Source of the DNA: Tubiluchus corallicola
Lineage: Eukaryota > Animalia > Priapulida
DNA: 35,628 nt
NCBI GenBank assembly: GCA_030141605.1
Contig: JAQGDQ010001540.1
Span: 1-35,628 of the forward strand
Reading direction: 5' to 3'
Shown in pieces: positions 26,687 through 35,628 of this stretch (its first letter is position 1; every line of letters starts with the position of its first letter). The notes under the pieces were generated by a model that saw nothing but the letters and a program-made list of their open reading frames with translations, was not told the origin of the DNA and searched no databases. Both the position numbers and the translations under genes were made by a program.

Positions 26687-27163
26687 TAGCTGTGAATAAA
26701 AATGTAACCTGTCACACAAAATGTACGTTAACAAAACATTGATATCAGAGGACTTGTGTGCTTCTTTATTATCTGTCTTTGACTTTTTATTTAATGTCCA
26801 GTGACGACTCAGTCAAAGAGCTCGTGAAGCTAACAGAAATAACAACAAAAATAAAATAACTGTACAGATGGGGTTTTGTGCCATGAAATTTTGTGATGGA
26901 CCCTGAATTTTTAAAACTTGGTACAGGATGGATGTATACATGCGTGAACATGGACAAGACAGCTGTGTCAGTTTACCATGTAGTTGGCCTGTCATCTTGC
27001 AACAGTGTAAGAAACATGGTTCGTAGTATTTCTCCAGAAAAATATTAAAAATTTGTGTTTTGTTACCAACATGGCCTGTTTGATCATTGTATGCCTCTGT
27101 TTGTGCAATTTTTTGGACTAGGAGAGGTTACCTCGGTTAACATATTGTATCATTGTTACATAC

Positions 27164-27746
27164 TTAGTAACTCGATGGTAACTTGTGATAGGTTGGTCTT
27201 CGAGTTAAAATTCGGTTTTGCCGTTGTTCTTATACCAGTCTTGATTATGCTAATAAGACTTATGTCTTTAGCATAAGCCACATTAAGAAGAACAATTTTC
27301 CTCAATGCTGGACAATCCTTAATTACAAGTTCCCTTAGATTTTTCATGTGTTTAAAAGAATTGATACTGATATAGTGCAGAAAGTCATTCTCTGTCATCT
27401 CAAATCTTCCAATAACATCCACGTCCATGACACCAATTGCGTTTATGAAGCATCTAGTAATGACCAGGTTAAGGATTTTTTTGCCTTTCAGAAAATCACC
27501 CGGTAGGACCTCCTCATTGTAATGCCGGATTCGTAACTCGTCGATTCGTCGTGGCAGACTTGGCGCAATTTTTTTAAGGTCTTTGCTATTAATTGCTGTT
27601 TTAGTACTGCATGTGAACTGGCAGCTTGCGTGTCCTGTTGAGTAACATATAGGCATTAGCGCCATTCTGTCTGTGCAATTAACTGCAGTGCTATCAACAA
27701 ATGAAATTATCTTAATTAACACGATGAGAAAATAAAGCATATTCAT
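27164..27746 (-). CDS. Leucine-rich-repeat secreted or membrane protein, exon 1 (signal peptide, Cys-rich N-cap, about 6 degenerate LRRs)
   Basis: MNMLYFLIVLIKIISFVDST signal-like start; Cys cluster C..C..CQFTC; LRR-like strands IDELRIRHY, ILNLVITRC, RFEMTEN, SFKHMKNLRELVIKDCPALRKI and ISLISIIKT; phase-1 donor A|GTATGT at 27163. An alternative in-frame ATG lies at 27785. Confidence 0.8.
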
Positions 27747-28447
27747 GTTGGTTTTTACTTTTGCAATGCCCAGCACTGGCAGCATAACTAGAGTATATTG
27801 TTCAACAGAACAGTCCTCTTTACGGCTCACAAATTTACATTTAATGGCTGCAGTGGTTGAGACTATCAAAATTGTGTTCTGCGTTCAAGCTAATCAAGTT
27901 TGGCTTTGCTAGTAATTCATGATCAGGTAAAAAGTGTTTGTCTGCTGCACACTTAGATCAGCTTCATGTAAATTTGGTTCACCTGGAATGAATCTTTCAC
28001 AATTGACTGTGCGTGCACCTGGTTAGAAAAATTTAATGCATTTCAATGGCATTAATGAAATTATAAATTGCGCTTTCGGGAATCACTGTAAAACTACTCG
28101 AACCGGGTTTAAAGAAGCAATACTTTTGCCAGACTTGAAGTTGCAGTTCTAAGGTACACATTTAGTATCACTTGCATTTAGGTTCCATTACAACTTCACA
28201 TTTCAAATTTTCACATTGTTTTAACAGAGTAGTTCTAAACTGCATACAATTGTGGTGTCATGGGCAGCTTACAAAAAATAGTGGATGTTTTAAACTTTGG
28301 TAACAATGAATTATACAGAACTAACAACCGATTCTAAAGACGCATTCAAACTAGCGAGTTTTCTCGCCAAGTAAACTATGAACTATGAATTTATTTTCAC
28401 ACATCAAAATACAATATCATACACATTAATAAACTTTAAATAAAATG

Positions 28448-28723
28448 ATTTGAGTAGTGCGAGGATAGTGTACGACCATACGGTCATTAACACACTCACT
28501 TTACTTAAATGAAAAAATGATTATAGTTATACATGCTTCTGTAGATAACTTAATGTAAATAATGATGAAGTAAATGATGTAATAATTTGAGTAGTGCGAG
28601 GATAGTGTACGACCATACGGTCATTAACACACTCACCTTATTTAAATGAAAAAATGATTAAAGTTATGCGTGCTTCTGTAGATAACTTAATGTAAATAAG
28701 GATGAAGTAAATGATGTAATAAT
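28448..28723 (+). repeat. 137-bp tandem duplication
   Basis: tgagtagtgcgaggatagtgtacgaccatacgg at 28451 and 28588, with near-identical continuation. Confidence 0.9.
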
Positions 28724-28909
28724 AGCAATGGTATAAGAGCAATAAACCTGAAAGTTGAGAAAGGAAAACATAATATGTAATCACGATTTTGAGTGAGCCT
28801 TAAAGAGTGAAAAATTTTTTTTAGATAGTTACGAATATTAATTATGTAATTATCTGTCAATGTACCACTTACTTGTATTACATGTGCGCATTGCATCATA
28901 AACTCTTCA

Positions 28910-30793
28910 AGTAACACGCAAGCGTGTTCAGACGCCGCAGCCAACTTCACACTAGACAGTAACTCGCAAGCGTGTTCAGACGCCGCAGCCAACTTCACAC
29001 TAGACAGTAACTCGCAAGCGTGTTCAGACGCCACAGCCAACTTCACACTAGACAGTAACTCGCAAGCATGTTCAAACGCCACAGCCAACTTCACACTAGA
29101 CAGTAACTCGCAAGCGTGTTCAGACGCCACAGCCAACTTCACACTAGACAGTAACTCGCAAGCGTGTTCAGACGCCACAGCCAACTTCACACTAGACAGT
29201 AACTCGCAAGCGTGTTCAGACGCCACAGCCAACTTCACACTAGACAGTAACTCGCAAGCGTGTTCAGACGCCACAGCCAACTTCACACTAGACAGTAACT
29301 CGCAAGCGTGTTCAGACGCCACAGCCAACTTCACACTAGACAGTAACTCGCAAGCGTGTTCAGACGCCACAGCCAACTTCACACTAGACAGTAGCTCGCA
29401 AGCGTGTTCAGACGCCACAGCCAACTTCACACTAGACAGTAGCTCGCAAGCGTGTTCAGAGCCACAGCCAACTTCACACTAGACAGTAGCTCGCAAGCGT
29501 GTTCAGACGCCACAGCCGACTTCACACTAGACAGTAACTCGCAAGCGTGTTCAGACGCCACAGCCAACTTCACACTAGACAGTAGCTCGCAAGCGTGTTC
29601 AGACTCGACAACCAACTTCACACTAGACAGTAACTCGCAAGCGTGTTCAGACGCCACAGCCGACTTCACACTAGACAGTAGCTCGCAAGCGTGTTCAGAC
29701 GCCACAGCCGACTTCACACTAGACAGCAGCTCGCAAGCGTGTTCAGACGCCACAACCAACTTCACACTAGACAGTAGCTCGCAAGCGTGTTCAGACGCCA
29801 CAGCCAACTTCACACTAGACAGTATCTCGCAAGCGTGTTCAGACGCCACAACCAACTTCACACTAGACAGTAGCTCGCAAGCGTGTTCAGACGCCACAGC
29901 CAACTTCACACTAGACAGTAGCTCGCAAGCGTGTTCAGACGCCGCAGCCAACTTCACACTAGACAGTAGCTCGCAAGCGTGTTCAGACGCCGCAGCCATC
30001 TTCACACTAGACAGTAGCTCGCAAGCGTGTTCAGACGCCACAGCCAACTTCACACTAGACAGTAGCTCGCAAGCGTGTTCAGACGCCACAGCCAACTTCA
30101 CACTAGACAGTAGCTCGCAAGCGTGTTCAGACGCCACAGCCAACTTCACACTAGACAGTAGCTCGCAAGCGTGTTCAGACGCCACAGCCAACTTCACACT
30201 AGGCAGTAGCTCGCAAGCGTGTTCAGACGCCACAGCCAATTTCACACTAGACAGTAGCTCGCAAGCGTATTCAGACGCCACAGCCGACTTCACACTAGAC
30301 AGTAGCTCGCAAGCGTGTTCAGACGCCGCAGCCGACTTCACACTAGACAGTAGCTCGTAAGCGTGTTCAGACGCCACAGCCAACTTCACACTAGACAGTA
30401 GCTCGCAAGCGTGTTCAGACGCCACAGCCACCTTCACACTAGACAGTAGCTCGCAAGAGTGTTCAGACGCCGCAGCCAACTTCACGCTAGACAGTAGCTC
30501 GCAAGCGTGTTCAGATGCCACAGCCGACTTCACACTAGACAGTAGCTCGCAAGCGTGTTCAGACGCCACAACCAACTTCACACTAGACAGTAGCTCGCAA
30601 GCGTGTTCAGACGCCACAGCCAATTTCACACTAGACAGTAGCTCGCAAGCGTGTTCAGACGCCACAACCAACTTCACACTAGACAGTAGCTCGCAACCGT
30701 GTTCAGACGCCACAGCCAACTTCACACTAGACAGTAGCTCGCAAGCGTGTTCAGACGCCACAGCCGAGTTCACACTAGACAGTAGCTCGCAAG
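28910..30793 (+). repeat. 48-bp minisatellite, about 39 units (AGCGTGTTCAGACGCCACAGCCAACTTCACACTAGACAGTARCTCGCA)
   Basis: Strict 48-bp period with one 1-nt deletion near 29460. Confidence 0.97.
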
Positions 30794-30840
30794 GCATCAA
30801 GTGCAGCAACAGTCGGAATGTTTGCAACAACTTGCAAAGC

Positions 30841-31050
30841 AGTTTACAGTTGCGAATTTGCTATCAGAGAAAGTTCACAGTTGCGAGTTTGCTATCAGAG
30901 AAAGTTCACAGTTGCGAGTTTGCTATCAGAGAAAGTTCACAGTTGCGAGTTTGCTATCAGAGAAAGTTCACAGTTGCGTGTTTGCTATCAGAGAAAGTTC
31001 ACAGTTGTGAGTTTGCTATCAGAGAAAGTTCACAGTTGCGAGTTTGCTAT
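30841..31050 (+). repeat. 31-bp minisatellite, about 7 units (GAAAGTTCACAGTTGCGAGTTTGCTATCAGA)
   Basis: Directly visible 31-bp period. Confidence 0.95.
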
Positions 31051-31088
31051 ATTGTATAGACTTGAATAGAATAAGAAGCTCTTGTTAA

Positions 31089-31596
31089 CAGTGGCAGCTC
31101 ATAGCTAAAATTTGTGGGGGGGGGGGTGCTGCTTCAGAAAATTTTTAGCCATTATTTTAATACTGTATAAAAGGAAACATATGAAATTTTAATGTCGTAA
31201 TTTGTAATTGTAATTTTAAACAAACGAACGTATAAAAGTATATTCATAAACTTGATAAAATCCTAAATAAAAAAAAGTTTTGCTTACTAATAGACTAAGT
31301 TGTCGCAGTTCAAGCTTGATCCATTCACGCTAAGCATGTGGCAATTGACAACAAACTGTGCGGGTGACAGTACTTTCTGTACCTGTACTCAGACATGACC
31401 GCATGCGCACAACACCCAAACACGGCATTGCTTTAGCGCACTGTGCTGTGCTGTGAAGCATACAGTACTACACTCACATGCCCCAGTTCCGTACAAGTAC
31501 AAAGCAGAAAAATACTTATTATATTAAGTATTATCGATAATATTAGGTGAAAATAGAGGGTGCTGCAGTTCCACAGTAACTATACACTGAGCCACT
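31089..31596. mobile_element. Degenerate hAT-like MITE
   Basis: Termini CAGTGGCAGCTCA and TGAGCCACT, subterminal gggtgctgc at both ends, and near-duplicated flanks agctcttgttaa / agctcatgttaa. Confidence 0.5.
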
Positions 31597-31981
31597 AGCT
31601 CATGTTAATGTAAAACACACTGCTATACATTACTCAACTTAAGTTCTAGAACTATGCAATTTACCAAAGCTTCAGGCTTTTTTACCTGTTTATCAAGGCC
31701 GGTCCCTACCAGATTTAGATGAAGAGAGATCCTAGGCTATTCAGCTTGACCCCCCAATCCAACTGTCGACAGGCCCCACCCACTCCCGACTCTTAAGACA
31801 AGAGAAAGATGGAAATGCTTTGTAAACTGAATATTAAGCTGAGGTTAATGACGGGTGTTTAATAAGATCACTTCTTTCTCTGCCCCCCCCCCACATCCTC
31901 CCCGCACATTTTGCTCTGCAGTAGTAGGTCCACCATTTAATGAGAAACCAGCTTGCAGTCTGCTGATACACTGTTGTCTTT

Positions 31982-32070
31982 ATAATAATAATAACAACAA
32001 CTACAACTACAACAACAACTACAACAACAACAACAACAACTGCAACAGCAACAGTAGCAACAACAATAAT
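31982..32070. repeat. (AAT/AAC)n microsatellite
   Basis: Directly visible. Confidence 0.9.
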
Positions 32071-32195
32071 TTATTAGCCTGATTTCTCAGACGGGTCGTC
32101 GACTTTACAGAGTTAGAAACACAATAAGATCACAGAACTAAAAATGTTACACTACAAAAATTAAAAGTTGATGTACGAAAAAGAAAAGAGTTACA

Positions 32196-32360
32196 TTAGT
32201 CTAGTCGACTTGTGACAAGTGCATGAATGAGCTGTTCCGAAGTTGGTTTGTCAAGAAAATATCTCACTTCACCATTTATCTTAAGCTGAAAAAAGGCAGC
32301 ACTGCTAATGTAATTAATATGCTTTTGATGTGTCCTATTAAAATCAAAGAAACATGCAAG
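32196..32360 (-). mobile_element. L2-type LINE ORF2 fragment
   Basis: HINYISSAAFFQLKI..VRYFLDKPTSEQLIHALVTSRLD matches the L2 post-RT motif HI..V...AF..LR.I..IR..L.....E.LIHAFVTSRLDYCN. Confidence 0.75.
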
Positions 32361-32729
32361 ATTTTTCACAAATCCACTATATTTTATATGCAAAATGTTA
32401 ATGTTTTGCTGACAAGTTATTATGAAATCGTCGACTATGTTGCCTGGCTGTGACAAATTTATCAACAATTTGCTGTTGTGTGTTTTTTGTTTTGCACGTT
32501 ATTTGCTTTTGTCATTAATATTACTAATTTATTATCTAAAATTTGCACAAAAATACAACCAGTCAGTTAAGTGTAAGTGTTACGTCACGTTTTTAGCTTG
32601 GGCACAGAAACATGAGTATTCAAAATGTGCCCCCGCGCCTCTAATTTGCTGTTGGCTAATGTGAAAAAGTGATCAGTTTTGAAAGTTTGATCTATCTTGC
32701 TGTACTGTTGTTAATGTCTTTTTAACTTT

Positions 32730-33340
32730 ATTTAGATTAGATTTAATAGATTTATTTCGCAATAAACGTATACATAAACATTACATGTGCATCAATAATC
32801 AGTTTTTGTTAATACAAAAATAGGATACAATTCATGAATTCTGCGCTAGAGACCTAAGAAGCTAACTTATGGTAGGCCACTAGAATTAGTTACGAAAAAA
32901 TTACAATATATACAGATACAATATTACAATATATACAAATATACAATGTATGTATGAATACGGGTTTGAAGTAATAAAAATATTATTATACTAGAGGGGA
33001 AGTTTTTGAAAATGAAAAACAACAAATCATGATTGAGTGATCAGTTATATGTTTCAAGTAAGTTTAATTTATAATTTTTTTTTAAATATGGACAGCGAGT
33101 TGGCATTTTTAATAGCTGGAGCAATTGAATTCCATATGTAAGGGCCATTGTATTTAATAGAAAATTTTCTAACATTAGTGTTGCACTGTATGTAGTGATA
33201 GTTTTAATTTAAAAGTCTTTAACGTGTGCTGTAATTATGTATCTCAGCATTCAAACAAAAATAATGAGTAAATAAGGGAGGCAATAATTTATGAGAGAAT
33301 TTGTACATGAAAACGGCAGTTTGGAACTTATAATTAGAAA
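32730..33340 (-). mobile_element. 5'-truncated CR1/L2-group LINE 3' end
   Basis: YKFQTAVFMYKFSHKLLPPLFTHYFCLNAEIHNYSTR...NTNVRKFSIKYNGPYIWNSIAPAIKNANSLSIFKKKL, then a UTR, AATAAA and an (AATCT)-like tail near 32730-32756. Confidence 0.8.
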
Positions 33341-33467
33341 ATATGAGCTTACAATTATTGCACTACGTCCTATGCATCTGGTGAAGTTTGTGTGTTTATT
33401 GAGTACTTAATGAAACAGTTACCATAAAAGACTTGTGTATTGAGAAGCTTGCGTTTTCTTTTAACAG

Positions 33468-33598
33468 ATTTTGTGGCAACACAGTGCCACCAACACTGAC
33501 ATCAAGTTCTAACCTGATGACTGTAAGATTCACAACAGATTCCAGTGTAGCAAGAAATGGCTTTTCCGCTTCTTACGTTGCACTAAACGCCTCCATTG
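33468..33598 (+). CDS. Internal exon encoding the C-terminal half of a CUB domain (cubilin-like)
   Basis: Polypyrimidine acceptor ttttcttttaacag and donor GTTAGT; 131 nt encoding FCGNTVPPTLTSSSNLMTVRFTTDSSVARNGFSASYVALNASI, which matches the CUB consensus FCG..P..xTSSxNxMxVxFxTDxSxxxxGFxAxY. It is too short to appear in the ORF track. Confidence 0.88.
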
Positions 33599-34379
33599 GT
33601 TAGTTGACTTTTTTACTCTCTCTTTACAAGATGGAGACCTGAATGTAAAATTAAGAGCTGTGTACCGTCTGTTAAATGACAGGCACATCTGTTAAGGGTG
33701 AAATGTGTAATTGTTGTATACAATTTACCCAGTTAAATAATGAAATTATTTTAAGTTTTTTTGCATAAATTAAAGTTCTTTATTCACTTCTTTACACTGC
33801 AAGCTGGAAATCCAGCGTTCAATGGCAGAGCCTTATACTTAAGGTTTGTGACGCATGACCAAAGCTTGGCTTCTTATCAAAGGCAATCCTCCTAGTCAAA
33901 CCACACATCCTCCACGAGAACGCATCCTCTATAGCCTCTACGAGGTAAACCACAAGGTTCAGATGGGAAGTGAAAATTCCCAGGGTGTAACTGCAATATG
34001 CATAACGACACTTATTTATTGGAAGGTGCTGCCCTCTACAAGCAATGGGGCGAGGAAAGGACAGGAGGAGAACAATGATGGTCGCGTTTTTATTTACAGC
34101 AATGTTTTTGTCGTTATTGTGTTATAGTTAATAACAGTGTTTAGTTATTACCAAATTTGTACATTGAGAAATTTTAAATCTTGACGAAGAGCCAACGATA
34201 TTGCCAGTAATATAATATAATACAACACAACACAACATTATTTAATATAAAATAATTATTTTTAACTGATTCTTTGTTTTTTATATTTCATATAATATAA
34301 TGTTTTTATTATTTCTACGCATTTTCGCATCCTTTAACTGTGCGCGTAATATTTCTTAGTTTTTAGGGTAATTTTTTAC

Positions 34380-35628
34380 TTTTATATGACATTTTTTCCC
34401 GCACTGAAATAAACTTTAGAAAATAAATAAATAAATTTATGAGCATTACTTCACAGTCAGAGTTGCTTTCAGTTTATGCAGATTGTAATTAAATTTAGTT
34501 TATTAAAATCATTAGTTGTAAACAATTTAAAACATTTCAGATCTCTAGTGCAAAAACACAAGCTGTTATTTGCATAGCAAAGTTTTGTATAAACTCGCGC
34601 AAAGGAATTCCGCATAAACCGTGACACCATCAAAGCGTGTAGACAAAACGCGCTGTGTGGAATGACCGTGATCATGCGCAGTGTGCTCTGTGACGCCATC
34701 ATAGCGTGTAGACAAAACGCGCTGTGTGGAATGACCGTGATCATGCGCAGTGTGCTCTGTGACGCCATCATAGCGTGTAGACAAAACGTGCTGTGTGGAA
34801 TGACCGTGATCATGCGCAGTGTGCTCTGTGACACCATCAAAGCGTGTAGACAAAACGCGCTGTGTGGAATGACCGTGATCATGCGCAGTGTGCTCTGTGA
34901 CACCATCAAAGTGTGTAGACCAAATGCGGTGTGAATTGCCGTGATTATGCGCAGTGTGCTCTGTGACGCCATCAAAGCGTGTAGACAAAACGCGGTGTGG
35001 AATTACCGTGATCATGCGCAGTGTGCTCTGTGACGCCATCAAAGCGTGTAGACAAAACGCGGTGTGGAATTACCGTGATTATGCGCAGTGTGCTCTGTAA
35101 CGCCCTCATAGCGTGTAGACAAAACGCGGTGTGGAATTGCCGTGATTATGCGCAGTGTGCTCTGTGACGCCATCATAGCGTGTAGACAAAACGCGGTGTG
35201 GAATTGCCGTGATTATGCGCAGTGTGCTCTGTAACGCCCTCATAGCGTGTAGACAAACGCGCTGTGTGGTTACCGTGATCATGCGCACTGTGGTCTGTGA
35301 CGCCTTCAAAACGTGTGGACAAAACGCGCTGTGTGGATTACACTGATCATGCGCAGTGTGCTCGAAAAGAAATTGTACGAAAAGGAAGTGACGAAGTCTA
35401 TTGTACGTATTTCGTTCTTGCGCTAAGCGGCTACGCTGGCGGCATCAAACGGCGGATGATTAAAAACTTTTTAGGCGCGCATAGACGGTAATTTTATTGA
35501 TTAAGTCAACCAATAGTGTTTGCAAACGCGCAATTTTGATGAGCCAAAATCACTTTTGCGTTTTTAATAAAACAAGAATATCTCAAATCAGTTATTACTT
35601 TAAAAAAACTAAAAACATTTCATGAGAA
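34380..35628 (+). mobile_element. Second copy of the 69-bp-array-carrying element (array at 34615-35362, about 10.5 units), running off the window end
   Basis: Shares ttttatatgacatttttt and tccgcataaacc upstream of the array and gcgctaagc.gctacgctggcggcatcaaacgg...aaaaactaaaaacatttcatga downstream with the copy at 5191-5809. Confidence 0.85.

Noticed and set aside
28687-30830. Long ORFs of 247, 467 and 302 aa as protein-coding genes
   Set aside because: They are entirely made of a 48-bp unit that happens to be stop-free, are open on both strands, are broken by a 1-nt deletion, and lack evident ATG or splice context.
33855-34127. Next exon of the CUB gene
   Set aside because: No CUB motif (CGG, SPxYP) and no good acceptor; it may be a retroelement remnant.

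Overview
AT-rich, repeat-dense genomic DNA from a multicellular animal, most likely a chitin-producing invertebrate such as an arthropod. It has GT-AG spliced genes and no prokaryotic features. Supported genes: (1) a complete five-exon, minus-strand chitin deacetylase-like gene, join(15656..15695,14796..15065,14008..14437,13298..13777,12675..12975), 506 aa, with signal peptide, chitin-binding type 2 (CBM14), LDLa and CE4 domains and substituted catalytic motifs; (2) a two-exon minus-strand leucine-rich-repeat gene, join(27164..27746,25418..25665), 276 aa, with an LRRCT cap and hydrophobic C-terminus; (3) a frameshifted tandem paralog of that LRR gene at 23621-24238; (4) one plus-strand CUB-domain exon (33468-33598) resembling cubilin, suggesting the minus-strand genes may be nested in a very large intron. 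The rest is a mosaic of MITEs, truncated LINE 3' ends, Helitron-like fragments, minisatellites (15, 31, 32, 48, 69/71 and 101 bp units) and long microsatellites. Most long ORFs in the supplied track are artefacts of these repeats. All calls come from manual reading; no database searches were run. I found no firm evidence of a wholly new biological system; the best leads are the degenerate deacetylase, the LRR pair and the nested arrangement.
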